A stretch of 64,000 nucleotides of DNA from a candidate division FCPU426 bacterium (GCA_963796105.1 CAWCKJ010000004.1:1120001-1184000), one strand, 5' to 3'; counted from the first letter of the stretch, positions 18,686-30,007 are shown. Notes: generated by a model not told the origin, from the letters alone. A program made the numbers and translations.

Positions 18686-19138
18686 ATGATTCTTTATAAC
18701 GTCGTGAAGTTCCTGCACGTGTTTTTAGCCATGGTCGCGGTCGGCTTCAACACCAGCTACGGGTACTGGATCGTGCGGGGTAGGAAAGACGGGGCCAGCC
18801 TGGGATTTGTCCTGAAGGGCATCAAGACTATGGATAACCGCATCGCTAACCCCTGCTACTTGGGCCTTCTCGTGACCGGCCCCATGATGATTTCCATGTC
18901 CCACATTCCCTGGGGAACCCTTTGGGTCTGGTTGTCCGCCTCTCTTTTCGGATTGGTCCTCCTATTAGGGTGGCTGGTTTACACGCCCACTTTGCGGGGC
19001 CAAATTGAGGCCTTGGCAAAAGCGGGCAAGGACTCGGCGGATTATTTAGCCTTGGATAAAAAAGGTAAAATCCTGGGAATGATCCAGGGCCTAACCGTGG
19101 CCGTGATCGTATTCTTGATGGTGACTAAACCTTCCTGA
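18686..19138 (+). CDS. DUF2269-like integral membrane protein
   Basis: KFLHV..A...VG N-terminus, 4 TM segments, C-terminal FLMVTKP. Confidence 0.8.
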   Translation: MILYNVVKFLHVFLAMVAVGFNTSYGYWIVRGRKDGASLGFVLKGIKTMDNRIANPCYLGLLVTGPMMISMSHIPWGTLWVWLSASLFGLVLLLGWLVYTPTLRGQIEALAKAGKDSADYLALDKKGKILGMIQGLTVAVIVFLMVTKPS

Positions 19139-19153
19139 GGGAAGGGAATTAAT

Positions 19154-19828
19154 TTAGACGACCGGAACCTTGGAGAAAGCCTTGAAATAAGATTGGATGG
19201 ATTTTCTCAAGGCTTCCAACCTGGGTTTCATGGCCTCCACCGCCTGGACGTCGGCCATGTTGTTGGCGACGGAGTATTGGGTTTCCAGGGCGAACAACTC
19301 GAAGAAGCTCCCCTGCACCGAACCCAGGACGATCTTTTTCATCTCCTCCAGGTAAAGCGGAAGGTGGTGGAGGGTCTGGCGGGATTCCGGCACGAGGCCT
19401 TCCTTATGGAAGAGGTCGCTGAAGTCGTCCAGGTTGAAGAGGTAGAGGTGGCGGGCGAAGTGGGCGACCAATTCCGAGGCCCCATTCTTGGGGGAGGCCG
19501 CCAGGACTTCCTGGATGGAGGCGTAGCAGTTCTTCCAGTTCTGGTATTGGGGCTCCGACAAGTCGGAAAAAAGGAGGGTCATGAAGCGGTTTTGCTTCTC
19601 GCCGGAAAAGCCCGGCATCGTCTTGACGCAATAGTCCATCATGACGGCTAATTGGAGGGACTTGATGAACTCGTACTCGCCCGCGTCCATGGCGTAGCGG
19701 ATGAGGTACTCGAAACGGTCGAGGTTTTTGACGCCGAGACTGCCGGCGTTCAGGTCGATGCTTTTGATGATATGGAGATAAAGGGACTCGCGGGCAACTT
19801 TGAAATCTTCCTGGATCGGGATCGGCAT
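19154..19828 (-). CDS. Hypothetical helical cytoplasmic protein
   Basis: 224-aa ORF with GAGGTGG RBS and host-like codon use; no recognised motif. Confidence 0.65.
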   Translation of the reverse strand: MPIPIQEDFKVARESLYLHIIKSIDLNAGSLGVKNLDRFEYLIRYAMDAGEYEFIKSLQLAVMMDYCVKTMPGFSGEKQNRFMTLLFSDLSEPQYQNWKNCYASIQEVLAASPKNGASELVAHFARHLYLFNLDDFSDLFHKEGLVPESRQTLHHLPLYLEEMKKIVLGSVQGSFFELFALETQYSVANNMADVQAVEAMKPRLEALRKSIQSYFKAFSKVPVV

Positions 19829-20097
19829 AATTCCACCTCGCTTATGATTCTTAAGCCAAAGTGCGCTTCTCCCCTGGATTAAATTGTATCGCTGGGCCTT
19901 CCTGAGTTTTATAACCTAGATCAGATAACTCAGCGTTAATTGGCTGAATTTCAAGAAATTTCGCGGAATAATGAAAAATCCTTTTTTAAATGTCCTTGGT
20001 TTCATCCGGTAATCTCTCACTGATTCGGATTGAATCTTTGCCTTTATTCCCATTAATTTGCCACAGTTCGTTTTTGCGATAAAAGAAAGCGAATTGT

Positions 20098-20113
20098 TGG
20101 CACAGATTGTGCA
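20098..20113 (+). promoter_or_regulatory. Candidate sigma-54 promoter
   Basis: TGGCAC-AGATT-GTGCA, i.e. GG-N10-GC, about 30 nt before ATG 20142. Confidence 0.55.
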
Positions 20114-20141
20114 GGTTTCCATGGTAAGGAAGGTGAGGGTC

Positions 20142-20321
20142 ATGGAAATCAACTGCGAGGAAGTTCGTAAAAATCTTCAGGAATATCGGGAACACAGGTT
20201 AGGGCCCCCTCAAAAGGGCCAGATTGAAAGGCACCTTTATTATTGCCCGGAATGTATTTTCCACCTGGCTTTGGTGACCGCAAGGAGCCTGGAGAAACAG
20301 GAGATTGTTGCGGGATCATAA
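20142..20321 (+). CDS. Stand-alone zf-HC2 (ZAS anti-sigma-type) zinc-finger protein
   Basis: NCEEVRKNLQEY...IERHLYYCPEC (HxxxCxxC). Confidence 0.75.
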   Translation: MEINCEEVRKNLQEYREHRLGPPQKGQIERHLYYCPECIFHLALVTARSLEKQEIVAGS

Positions 20322-20345
20322 AACTAGAAAGCTATTTAAAGTTTG

Positions 20346-20381
20346 AAAGCCGGGGTTTCCATCGAAAACCCGGCTTTTTTG
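20346..20381. terminator. Intrinsic terminator between convergent genes
   Basis: AAAGCCGGGGTTTC-CATC-GAAAACCCGGCTTTTTT. Confidence 0.8.
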
Positions 20382-20457
20382 TTAAAGAGGCCATTAAATG
20401 ACTTGGGAAAATTCACCCCATTAGGTGATTCCAAAATCATTTCCAGCCTGGTTGGGT

Positions 20458-21492
20458 TTAAGTCTTCTCAAAACCCTTCAACTGATAAATTCCAATCGAC
20501 AAGAGCCAACCCATAATGAACACTCCCACAACCACGAAACCAAAGTTCGTCAGGTTGTCATTGAGAGCTTGGATAAAGCCAAAAAGCCCTCCCCGAAGCC
20601 CCAGTTGTGTGGCCAAAAGTCCCAGGGCTTCCAGGGATCCGATCAAAAGGGCCACCAGCACCGAAAGGGATGTCAGGGTCAGGTTGTACCAAAGCTTCCG
20701 CAGGGGATGGATGAAAGCCCATCCATAGACTCCTGTCATGATCACGCTGTCGGTCGTGTCCACCAGCGACATTCCCGCAGTAAAGAGAACAGGGAAAACC
20801 ATGGTCGTCCCGAAAGGCAATCCTTGAACGGCTTGAGAAGCCGCGATCCCCAAAAGGCCGATCTCCGTGGCCGTGTCAAAACCCAGCCCGAAGAGGAAGC
20901 CCACGGGATACATGTGGCGGCTTTTCGTGACGCCGTTAAGGAAAGGTTTGAATAGTCGGGATAAGAATCCCCGGTCCCAAAGCAGTCCGTCGAGTTCCCC
21001 TGGGCCGCCAGGTACTCCCCTCCGCTCGCGCCGAAACACCAGCCAGATTCCCTTGAGAACGAAAAGGTTGGTGATACCGATGGCGAGCAAAAAGAAGGCC
21101 GATATTGCCGTGCCCATGAAACCGCCGATGGTTCGAAGGCCTTCCAGGCGATCCTGGGAAAGGCTGATCGCGGTGGCCAGGACCGCCGAGGCCAGGAGGA
21201 CTATCGTGGAATGTCCCAGGGAGAAGAAAAGGCCGACCGAAATGGGCTTGCGGCCGTCCTGCATAAGCTTGCGCACCACATTGTCGATTGCCGCGATATG
21301 GTCCGCGTCCATCGCGTGGCGCAGTCCGAAGAGGTAGGCTAGGAAAGCGGTTCCCAAAAGCGCCGGGTTATGGGCGAAAACCTTCCAAGCCCAGGCCCAC
21401 GCCCCCAGGTTGAAAACGACAAGCCAAAAGTAAAGCCCGAAGGTCTTGGCCTTGGCGCCTTCGGAGCCGTCATTAAAGATTTTTAACCACAT
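20458..21492 (-). CDS. HoxN/HupN/NixA (NiCoT) nickel/cobalt permease
   Basis: RHAMDADHIAAID, FFSLGHSTIV and FGLGFDTATE signatures. Confidence 0.95.
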   Translation of the reverse strand: MWLKIFNDGSEGAKAKTFGLYFWLVVFNLGAWAWAWKVFAHNPALLGTAFLAYLFGLRHAMDADHIAAIDNVVRKLMQDGRKPISVGLFFSLGHSTIVLLASAVLATAISLSQDRLEGLRTIGGFMGTAISAFFLLAIGITNLFVLKGIWLVFRRERRGVPGGPGELDGLLWDRGFLSRLFKPFLNGVTKSRHMYPVGFLFGLGFDTATEIGLLGIAASQAVQGLPFGTTMVFPVLFTAGMSLVDTTDSVIMTGVYGWAFIHPLRKLWYNLTLTSLSVLVALLIGSLEALGLLATQLGLRGGLFGFIQALNDNLTNFGFVVVGVFIMGWLLSIGIYQLKGFEKT

Positions 21493-21558
21493 CTTATATG
21501 TCCCCCGAGAAATTGCTTCCCATCGCTTTTTGGCATCCCTTCCTCTTAAACACAAGAT

Positions 21559-21972
21559 TCAAAGTTTCTGGCCCGTTGAACTGAGCGAAATGGCCGCGTG
21601 CAGGACGCCTTTCTCCTGGCGCATGTGGTCAAACAGGTGCCGTATATCGGCCGCTTTCCCCTGAACCATGATCATTTCGGCGCAGATTCGCTCATCCAGG
21701 TGCACGTGGGTGGAAGCCAGCACCTTAGCCGCGTGATGGTGCTGGGCCTCGATCAACTTCTCGCTCAGGCGCCGCTTGTGGTGGTCGTACAGGAGGGAAA
21801 GGGTGCCCAGCGCCTCGCCGTCCGTTTCCCATTCCCCCGCCACCAATTTCCCGCGAACCAGGTCCCGGATGAATTCGGATCGGTTCTCGTAATGGCTTTC
21901 CCGGATCATCCTCTCGAGCTTCTCGGCCAGGGGTTTCTCGATGGAAAAACTGAATCGCTGAAGCAGCGGCAT
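21559..21972 (-). CDS. nikR: Nickel-responsive regulator NikR
   Basis: RHH domain (RFSFSI...YENRSEFIRDLVR), YDHH, QHHH, STHVHLD..C.E. Confidence 0.95.
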   Translation of the reverse strand: MPLLQRFSFSIEKPLAEKLERMIRESHYENRSEFIRDLVRGKLVAGEWETDGEALGTLSLLYDHHKRRLSEKLIEAQHHHAAKVLASTHVHLDERICAEMIMVQGKAADIRHLFDHMRQEKGVLHAAISLSSTGQKL

Positions 21973-22036
21973 GGCTCATTTCTCCTGACCCGATTTTTTC
22001 AGAGGTTATAATTTTAAAAAAAGGGGGCTCCGATAG

Positions 22037-22074
22037 GTGTGATTAAAATCATACGAATGAAATAATTTTCATAC
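22037..22074. promoter_or_regulatory. Possible NikR operator half-sites upstream of nikR
   Basis: GTGTGA-N6-TCATAC followed by GAATGA-N8-TCATAC. Half-sites match E. coli GTATGA/TCATAC but the spacing is not N16. Confidence 0.35.
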
Positions 22075-22115
22075 TGACGAATATATGCACGAATTTGGCT
22101 TTTTTGAGGCGGGGT

Positions 22116-24059
22116 TTAAAACTGGATGGAGGCCCCCGTTTCCAGGTACCGTCCCGGCATGGGAAGACCCTGGATAGTGGCGTAGGCTTGGTTGAGAAGA
22201 TTGGTTCCGTTTAGGAAAATCTTTAAAGTTTTTTGAATTTCCCAATTGAATTCCGCGCTCAAAATCCAATAAGAAGAAGCTACGATGAGGGGCGGACTAT
22301 CCTGCCGTCCGAGGTAAACGGCCGGGTTATGGTCCGCGAATTGTTCATACAGGGTCAGGGCCATTCCATTCTTGGGATTAATCCTGAAACCGCCGTTTAA
22401 TTTCTGCCGCAAGCGGGCGGGAATCAATTGGTCCCTGTCCGTGTCGAGGGAATCGATGTAGGTATAACTGCCGTAAGGTGACAACCAAGAGTTTATTTCC
22501 CAATTAAAACTAGTTTCAATTCCGATCAGCCTGGAATTCGGGATGTTTTCGAAGGTCCAGAAGGTGGCGGCGTTTTGGGCCGGGATTATGAGATTTTTGT
22601 AAAAACTGGCGAAGATATCGGCTTTCCATGTAAGGTTTTTCCAACCGCACTGGGCCCCACATTCGCTGTTCATGGAACTTTCCGGTTTTAAAGCAGGATT
22701 GCCTGCTTCTCCCGCCCCGAATTCCACCGGTGTGTTGGGGCCCAGGATGTAGGTAATGTCGGGATGGTAAAGTTCATCAAAGCCGGGATAGCGGAATCCC
22801 GTTCCCGCTTTCAAGTAAAGGAATTTGCTAGGACCCGCCTCAAACCGAAGGCTTCCCCCCGGGTTGAAAACGGAAATGCCGTAATCGTTGTATGAATCCA
22901 ACCTGGCGTTTAGTTCCAGCGAAAGCGAGGGGGTTAGGGCAAGGTTTCCATTCGTGAATAAGGAAAGCAAGTTATCCGCGCGGTTGCCGCCGCCCAGGCC
23001 CTCGGTGTCCTGGATGTTTTGGCTTCTAAATTCCATGCCGGCGGATAGGGCGCTGAGTAATGACTCCCAATGGGCGGAAGCCGTGGCGAGAAAATCAAAG
23101 GTGTTGTAAATATTCTGATCCTGAATGGGGACGCCCGCTGAGGCGTCAGGCCCCAAAGGGTTCAACCTCAGAACGTTCGCGTAATCGTATGAAAAGGACG
23201 GGTTGAGAGTCCAATTCCCCAAGGGCCGTTTGTCGGACAAAGAGGCCGTGAGAGCCTGTTTCTTTTCCCGGTCGTCGGCGTCGAATTGTCCCGTATCCTG
23301 GGCCGAGAGACTGTCCCCATTGGGGGCGCCGCCGTTTTTTTCAACGTAATTGGCGTTCAAGTCCATGCGATCCAGGCCCAAACGGAAGCTGGAGGAATGG
23401 TCCAACTCCCAGGAAGTCTCGTCGGTGTTGGCGGTGTAGCCGCTGGTTTGGTACCAGTTGCCCCCGAAGGAACCTTTCCAGGTGCTGAGATTCAAGGTTC
23501 CGGTGGATCCTTGAAATTGATAAGTGCCGAATGTTCCCGCTAAAACCTCCAGCGCGGGCTCTTTGTTCTGGGCATGGGTAAACACGTTGACGACCCCGCC
23601 GGTGGCGTCGGTCCCATAGATCAAGGCGTCAGGCCCCTTGATGATTTCGATCCGATCAATATCCCCGGTGGGAATCATGCCCAGGTCGAAACCCTGGTTG
23701 ACCCTTTGGCCGTTCAACAATATCAGGGTTTGGTTGGAAGCCGCGCCCCGGATGCTGATGTTGCTGAAACTCTTGGCCCCGCCCAAGCCCTGGGATTCCA
23801 CGGACGAAACCCGGTCCAGCAGGCTTCCCAAACGGCCGTCGGATTCCAATGAGCCCAGGTCCTGTCCCTTGATGATCTCATTCTCGTTTTTCTCGCCGTA
23901 AACGACCACTTCTTTCATTTGATAAATGTTATCGGAAGGCGAGGGAACGGGGGTTTGGGCGAAGAGGCTGAGTTTCACGGACAGGAACAGGAGCATAAAA
24001 ACCAGTTCCCAAAATCGGGAAAGGTTTTTCATTTTCAGGGAAGCGCCGGTTTTTATCAT
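22116..24059 (-). CDS. TonB-dependent receptor (BtuB/CirA-like)
   Basis: EVVVYG TonB box; plug ISIRG..NQTLILLNG; IDRIEIIKGP..LIYG.DA.GGVVNV; GNPALKPE; terminal Phe. Confidence 0.93.
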   Translation of the reverse strand: MIKTGASLKMKNLSRFWELVFMLLFLSVKLSLFAQTPVPSPSDNIYQMKEVVVYGEKNENEIIKGQDLGSLESDGRLGSLLDRVSSVESQGLGGAKSFSNISIRGAASNQTLILLNGQRVNQGFDLGMIPTGDIDRIEIIKGPDALIYGTDATGGVVNVFTHAQNKEPALEVLAGTFGTYQFQGSTGTLNLSTWKGSFGGNWYQTSGYTANTDETSWELDHSSSFRLGLDRMDLNANYVEKNGGAPNGDSLSAQDTGQFDADDREKKQALTASLSDKRPLGNWTLNPSFSYDYANVLRLNPLGPDASAGVPIQDQNIYNTFDFLATASAHWESLLSALSAGMEFRSQNIQDTEGLGGGNRADNLLSLFTNGNLALTPSLSLELNARLDSYNDYGISVFNPGGSLRFEAGPSKFLYLKAGTGFRYPGFDELYHPDITYILGPNTPVEFGAGEAGNPALKPESSMNSECGAQCGWKNLTWKADIFASFYKNLIIPAQNAATFWTFENIPNSRLIGIETSFNWEINSWLSPYGSYTYIDSLDTDRDQLIPARLRQKLNGGFRINPKNGMALTLYEQFADHNPAVYLGRQDSPPLIVASSYWILSAEFNWEIQKTLKIFLNGTNLLNQAYATIQGLPMPGRYLETGASIQF

Positions 24060-24084
24060 TGAAAAGATATTTTTCCGTTTCCGT

Positions 24085-24582
24085 TTAAAGGCTTAATTCC
24101 ATCCTGTAATCGTCCATTAAAAAGCCGTTTCCGATATCCGTCATCACCGGACCCGTGACCACAAAACCCAACTTCTTATAGATTTCCACGCTCGGGTTGC
24201 GCTTATGAACGGTCAAGGTGATTTTAGGAAGTTTATTTTTCCGGGCCAATCCCCGGACCCAATCCACGGCTTCCCGGCCGTAACCCATGCCCCGGAATTC
24301 CCCGGAGAGGTAGAACTTGCTTAGGAATAATTCGCCTGGTTTGAGCAAGACGCACAGGTAACCCATCCCCATTTCAAGTTCCCCCATCAACAAGTAATAA
24401 AGATTACCTTCCATGAGTTGGCTTCGGATTGCTTCCTGGGATTGGAATTTTCCCACCATATATCGGACCTGATCCCCGCCGATGATGGGAGTGTAATGGT
24501 CCATCCAGATTTTTTTCGCTAAGGTTTCAACGAGGGCGATCGAGGATTCGTCATCCAATTCAATGGGTTTTACTTGAATCAT
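24085..24582 (-). CDS. GNAT acetyltransferase
   Basis: IW.DHY.PIIG, LFLSKFYL, FRGMGYG, DIGNGFLMDDY. Confidence 0.9.
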   Translation of the reverse strand: MIQVKPIELDDESSIALVETLAKKIWMDHYTPIIGGDQVRYMVGKFQSQEAIRSQLMEGNLYYLLMGELEMGMGYLCVLLKPGELFLSKFYLSGEFRGMGYGREAVDWVRGLARKNKLPKITLTVHKRNPSVEIYKKLGFVVTGPVMTDIGNGFLMDDYRMELSL

Positions 24583-24982
24583 TTTCTTTTTTCCTGATAG
24601 GCCTCAACTCGGGGAAGTATTGTATGGCCAAGTCATTTTTATCCAATCCCCAGTGGGAAAAGAGGTTTGTTTTAAGTCAAAAATCACCCCAATTTCGCAA
24701 AAAAACTGACATTTTCAGGTTCATTGTTTATCCTTGGAAATAATTTAGAAACAAAAAGCAAAAGGGTTTACTTAAATAGACAAGTGAAATTCCACGATAT
24801 TGTCCCACTTAAATCATTGAAAAAACGCTTTCATGCAGAATTTAACGTTAACAAGATTTTTTCTATTTTTATTGGGATTTTATAGGGTGATTGGCTGGTA
24901 AAAGCCCAAATTTTGGAATGGATTATGCGAATACAATTAAGCATCTGGTTTTTGGATAAACCGGTTTCACGATAGGCAGAAT

Positions 24983-27900
24983 ATGGCCTTAACTCAAGCT
25001 AAAGGGATTTTAACGGATCAACGAATGGGGAATAAGGAAACTTTTTCAAATTTTAATTCTTTTTCCAAGGCGCTTCAGGTTTTTTTAGCGCTAATGGGTT
25101 TCATGTTGTCATGCGGCGCTCCTTCTCAAACCAAGGCCCAATGCACGCCTAGCTCCGCTAAGATTTGCGTATCCAGCGACGACTGGTCCCAGGTCTATGT
25201 GGGCGGCGTTTACCTGGGACAGATCAATTATTGCAACTGGGACGGCAGCGGCAGTTGTCCCCCGGGCTGCATCACCGTTCCCACGTCCCTCTTAACCGGC
25301 TCCCAAGTTTATCTCAGCGTTTATACCCAAAACACCGCCTGCAATAACCTTTACTCCTCCTGGGACCTGGACATCACCTGCTCCAACGGCCAGCACTCCG
25401 AGATCACCAGCGGAAGCGGCGGCCTCAAGATGGATTACATCAGTTCGGGGAATCCCACGACTCCCCCCGCCACCAACTGGTACGCGACCGACTACAGCAC
25501 CAGCGGATGGGGCAGCGCGTCCCAGGTCAGCGCCACTTCTTCCGAATGCTGCTGGGGCCAGAGCCTTTGGAACCCCGTGAGCGGCGCGAGGGTTCCTTAT
25601 GTATCCACGGACGCGAACGGGGACTACAGCACCAGCAACTGCAACGGAGCTTTGTTCTTCTCGCAAGCTGTGGCGATACCGGCGTCTTCTACGACTCTGG
25701 GCCCCCCAAACTTCACGGTTGGGAAATCGGTCTGCGGCGGACCCAACGAATCCAGCAGCAATATCGGTTACGAGTTTTGCCTGACGGTCTGCAACACCGG
25801 CGGCCCCCAGACTGGCGCCGTCACCCTTGCGGATAACATTAGTCAAAGCTATTGGCAATCACAATCTTTCTTTGCCGGTGGAGTTTCCGTCCAAAATGGG
25901 AATTACATCGCCACCGAGCCCTACGTCAGCGGCCAGGGGGGAAGCGGGGTTTCCATCATCTGGCCGGAAGGGATCGCCGGAAATTCCTGCGTTACCTTCC
26001 AGGAATACGCGTGGGATTTTAATGGTATGCAAAATAATCAATGTACAACAGCAACCAACAATTTTAACATCGAGGGAAAAACCTCCAACACGGTTACTTT
26101 CAACATCCCTTGCTGGACCCCGACCTTTACCTGGTCCAACACGCCGACTTATACTCATACTTTTACCTATACCCCGACATTTACCTATACCCCCACCCCG
26201 GCGCTAACCCCCACCTTTACCCATACTTACACTTATACTTACACCTATACTTATACCTATACCGCGACTCCGACCCCCACCCACACTTATACCTATACCC
26301 CGACCATCGCGGTCACGCCCACCTTTACCCACACCAACACCTACACCTATACCTATACTCCCACCCCCACCTACACTTATACCTACACCCCGACCCCGGC
26401 TGTTACGCCCACCTTCACCCATACCAATACCTACACTTTCACGTATACCTTTACGAATACACCGACGCCCACTCCCACGAGAAGTCCCACCCCCACGCCC
26501 ACACCCACAGTATCGCCAACCCCGACCCCGACCCGGACCCCGACTCCCACACCAACCGTCACGCCGACTCCCTCCCCGACGAATACGCCTTCTCCTACAC
26601 CGACCAGGACCCCCACCCCGACCCCGACCATCACACCGACACCCACCCCTACGGTGTCGCCTACCCCGACTCCAACACGGACTCCGACTCCCACGCCAAC
26701 CATTACGCCGACTCCCTCCCCGACGAATACGCCTTCTCCTACACCGACCCGCACTCCTACTCCTACGCCTACCATTTCGCCTACCCCGACACCGACCACT
26801 ACCCCGACCCCCACGCCGACTCGAACCCCGACCCCCACACCCACCACTACGCCGACCCCCACGCCGACCAATACTCCGACCCCGTCCCCGACATCCACGC
26901 CAAGCCCGACTCCGACCCGAACCCCGACCAACACTCCCACTCTGACGCCGACCCCTACTCCAACCCTGACGCCGACTCCGACCCCAACAACAACCCCGAC
27001 TCCCACCCCGACCCGGACCCCCACACCCACGCCCACCAATACGCCGACACCCACGCCGACCACGACCCCGACACCTACTCCAACAAGGACTCCGACTCCA
27101 ACCCCTACTAACACCCCGACACCGACACCCACAACGACGCCGACACCTACGCCCACGAACACACCCACCAGGACACCCACCCCCACTCCGACCCCGACTC
27201 CTACCACCACGCCGACGCCCACTCCAACCCATACGCCGACGATCACCCCTACCCCTACCAATAGCCCTACGGGAACCCAATCGCCCACGAACACACCTAC
27301 GATCACCCCGACCAAGACCACAACCCCGACACCCACCAACACCCCAACCATCACGCCTACACCGACTCCGACCAATACACCGACAAGAACACCTACTCCC
27401 ACGTCAACTCCCACCCCGACGACCACGCCCACTCCTACTCCCACGAATACGCCAACCCCCACACCCACCAATACGCCGACGCCCACCCCCACGACCACTC
27501 CGACGCCGACTCCCACGAGAACCCCGACCCCGACACCCACCAACACGCCGACGCCGACCCCGACCACGACGCCGACTCCCACATCCACCAATACCCCGAC
27601 GCCGACCCCGACCCGTACGCCCACTTCGACCCCCACGATCACGCCGACACCCACTCCGACGAGAACCCCGACTCCCACGCCCACCAACACCCCCACTCCA
27701 ACCCCGACGACTACGCCAACTCCTACGCCTACCAGCACCCCGACCATTACCCCGACACCGACGAATACCCCTACGGGAACCCAATCGCCCACGAACACGC
27801 CCACCATCACCCCGACCAAGACGCCGACCCCGACTCCCACACCCACCCCAACAGTGACTCCTACGCCCACACCCACTAACACTCCGACGAATACCCCGAC

Positions 27901-30007
27901 CAGCACACCCACGCCGACGTCCACCACGACTCCCACGCCGACATCCACATCTACCTTGACCAAGACCCCAACTAACACGCCCACGCCTACCCCGACCACC
28001 ACTCTCACGTCGACTCCAACCGCTACCCCCACTGTCACGCCGACTCCGACCGACACCGAAACCGGGACGACGTCCCCCACGAACACCTTTACGGTCACCC
28101 CGACGCCGACGCCTTCCTCGACACCTACCAATACTTCTACCTCCACCTCTACGCCTACTCCGACCGCCACAGCCACATCGACACCGACAAATACTTCGAC
28201 TGATACTCCAACCTCAACCTTGACTCCAACCTTGACTGACACTCCCCCGCTTACCTTTACCCCGACCAACACCTTCACGGATACGTCCACTCCGACGGAC
28301 ACTTCCACCCCCACTAACACCAACACACCCACGAACACGCCGACTAATACCCCCACTCCAACACCCACTAACACTCCCACCAACACCAATACCCCGACAG
28401 ATACCGCCACACCGACCAATACCTATAGCCCCACTAACACGCCAACCAATACCCCGACCCCTACTCCCACCAATACCCTGACCAACACCAATACGCCCAC
28501 TAATACTCCCACCGCTACCAACACCTCTACTCCTACCAACACCTATACGGCCACCAATACCCCCACCAATACAAATACCCCGACTAACACCAATACTCCT
28601 ACCAATACGCCTACTCCTACTCCCACCAGGACGCCTACTAACACTTCCACTCCCACGAATACGCTTACAGCCACGAATACACCCACTAATACCAATACCC
28701 TGACACCTACCCCCACGGCGACCTTCACTCCCACCCCCACGCCTGCCGCGGTATTGGCCTTGCAAAAACAGGAGTCGGAATCAACAGGTTCCTCGGGGGA
28801 TATGGTGACCTATACCTTGAATGTCAATGTTTCCAACGCAAACGCTCCTGGAGTAGTGGTGCAGGACCAACTGCCTCCCAACTGCACTTTCACGGCCTTT
28901 GGGGTCTCACCAGCAGGAACATCGGCCGTAACCACCGTTTCAGGCGGGGTGACCATGATGAACTGGACCTTACCCACTCTTACCCCAGGAAGCTACCAAT
29001 TGACTTATACAGTCTCGATTAACAGCTTCACGCCCGCGGGACCCATTGTGAACTGCGCGGTCTTAAACTATCCGGGAATCTCACCATTGAGTTCCTGTGC
29101 CACATTAATGGTGACAGGGAGCTACACGGTGAAGATCGGGGTATATAACGAGGCAGGGGAACTGGTAAAGACACTCTTAGTGACCCAATATTCCCAGCCT
29201 TTGGTGGACCTGCAGTTGAAGAACGGGGATCTGATTAATGGGCTGAATGATCCCATCCTGATATATGACCAGAATACCCAGATCACGGTGTGGAACGGGA
29301 CAGACCAGAACGGGAACCCGGTGCCGAATGGTGATTATTACGTGAAAGTGGACAATGTGGACTCTTTCGGGGTGGATAAGAGCGTGGTATTGAACGTGGT
29401 GGTGAGCAGGTCGTTGGAGAAGGTGACGATCGACATCTACAACGAGGCTGGAGAGATAGTGGACACGCTCTACAGCGTGGTGGAGGACCCTCAAGGGGCG
29501 GTGATCACAGGGGTGAAGCTGTCAGGGACGGTGTTGGAGCCGGGATCGCCGACGGATGGGAACCTGGTTATCACGACAAATAACGGTGTGACAGCGACAT
29601 GGACGGGATATTCCTCAAGCGGGGCGGTGGTGCCGAACGGAAAATACTTCATCGAGGTGCACTCCACCGACGGAAAAGACGGGGAGACGGTGATCGTGAC
29701 GTCGGTGATGGTGCTGAACAACGCGAAACAGACGGTACCGAAAGTCTGGGCCTATCCGAACCCGTTAACCGGGGGATTCAGCCAAGTGGAGTTCCAGGCC
29801 TCAAATCTTGGGATCAACCTGACGGTGAGGATATATGACCTGGCGGGTGAACTGGTGACGGAACTCAAAGGCGCCGGGGGAACGAGCCGGGTGACCTGGA
29901 ACGCCGCGGGAATCTCAAGCGGGCTTTATATCGCCAAGGTGGAACAGAAGGATCTCACCGGGAAAATCATCGCCAAGCAGACACTCAAAATCCTGGTGGA
30001 AAAATAA
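24983..30007 (+). CDS. Giant secreted surface protein: Cys-rich head, ~870-aa T/P stalk, DUF11-like domain, two FlgD-Ig-like domains, T9SS-A-like CTD
   Basis: Signal ending TKA|Q; stalk ~26117-28743; [18 protein letters not shown]; two YNEAGE.V.TL..W.G....G..VPNG.Y units; YPNP..IYDLAGE..SSGLY..KILVEK. Start may be 25025. Confidence 0.85.
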   Translation: MALTQAKGILTDQRMGNKETFSNFNSFSKALQVFLALMGFMLSCGAPSQTKAQCTPSSAKICVSSDDWSQVYVGGVYLGQINYCNWDGSGSCPPGCITVPTSLLTGSQVYLSVYTQNTACNNLYSSWDLDITCSNGQHSEITSGSGGLKMDYISSGNPTTPPATNWYATDYSTSGWGSASQVSATSSECCWGQSLWNPVSGARVPYVSTDANGDYSTSNCNGALFFSQAVAIPASSTTLGPPNFTVGKSVCGGPNESSSNIGYEFCLTVCNTGGPQTGAVTLADNISQSYWQSQSFFAGGVSVQNGNYIATEPYVSGQGGSGVSIIWPEGIAGNSCVTFQEYAWDFNGMQNNQCTTATNNFNIEGKTSNTVTFNIPCWTPTFTWSNTPTYTHTFTYTPTFTYTPTPALTPTFTHTYTYTYTYTYTYTATPTPTHTYTYTPTIAVTPTFTHTNTYTYTYTPTPTYTYTYTPTPAVTPTFTHTNTYTFTYTFTNTPTPTPTRSPTPTPTPTVSPTPTPTRTPTPTPTVTPTPSPTNTPSPTPTRTPTPTPTITPTPTPTVSPTPTPTRTPTPTPTITPTPSPTNTPSPTPTRTPTPTPTISPTPTPTTTPTPTPTRTPTPTPTTTPTPTPTNTPTPSPTSTPSPTPTRTPTNTPTLTPTPTPTLTPTPTPTTTPTPTPTRTPTPTPTNTPTPTPTTTPTPTPTRTPTPTPTNTPTPTPTTTPTPTPTNTPTRTPTPTPTPTPTTTPTPTPTHTPTITPTPTNSPTGTQSPTNTPTITPTKTTTPTPTNTPTITPTPTPTNTPTRTPTPTSTPTPTTTPTPTPTNTPTPTPTNTPTPTPTTTPTPTPTRTPTPTPTNTPTPTPTTTPTPTSTNTPTPTPTRTPTSTPTITPTPTPTRTPTPTPTNTPTPTPTTTPTPTPTSTPTITPTPTNTPTGTQSPTNTPTITPTKTPTPTPTPTPTVTPTPTPTNTPTNTPTSTPTPTSTTTPTPTSTSTLTKTPTNTPTPTPTTTLTSTPTATPTVTPTPTDTETGTTSPTNTFTVTPTPTPSSTPTNTSTSTSTPTPTATATSTPTNTSTDTPTSTLTPTLTDTPPLTFTPTNTFTDTSTPTDTSTPTNTNTPTNTPTNTPTPTPTNTPTNTNTPTDTATPTNTYSPTNTPTNTPTPTPTNTLTNTNTPTNTPTATNTSTPTNTYTATNTPTNTNTPTNTNTPTNTPTPTPTRTPTNTSTPTNTLTATNTPTNTNTLTPTPTATFTPTPTPAAVLALQKQESESTGSSGDMVTYTLNVNVSNANAPGVVVQDQLPPNCTFTAFGVSPAGTSAVTTVSGGVTMMNWTLPTLTPGSYQLTYTVSINSFTPAGPIVNCAVLNYPGISPLSSCATLMVTGSYTVKIGVYNEAGELVKTLLVTQYSQPLVDLQLKNGDLINGLNDPILIYDQNTQITVWNGTDQNGNPVPNGDYYVKVDNVDSFGVDKSVVLNVVVSRSLEKVTIDIYNEAGEIVDTLYSVVEDPQGAVITGVKLSGTVLEPGSPTDGNLVITTNNGVTATWTGYSSSGAVVPNGKYFIEVHSTDGKDGETVIVTSVMVLNNAKQTVPKVWAYPNPLTGGFSQVEFQASNLGINLTVRIYDLAGELVTELKGAGGTSRVTWNAAGISSGLYIAKVEQKDLTGKIIAKQTLKILVEK

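Noticed and set aside
24914..24929. Sigma-54-like TGGAAT-N5-ATGC upstream of the giant stalk gene
   Set aside because: GG-N10-GC spacing fits, but both boxes deviate from consensus; too weak to call.
24060..24982. Cobalamin or other riboswitch upstream of the TBDR
   Set aside because: No B12-box or other recognisable aptamer by eye; an Rfam scan would be decisive.
26431..28419. 662-aa minus-strand VGVGV ORF, and similar ORFs opposite the other stalks
   Set aside because: Antisense shadow of ACN/CCN codons in the T/P stalks; no independent evidence of coding.
26117..28743. Ice-binding or ice-nucleation protein, suggested by TxT periodicity
   Set aside because: High Pro content and the lack of a fixed-length Gly-containing coil repeat argue against a beta-solenoid ice-binding surface.
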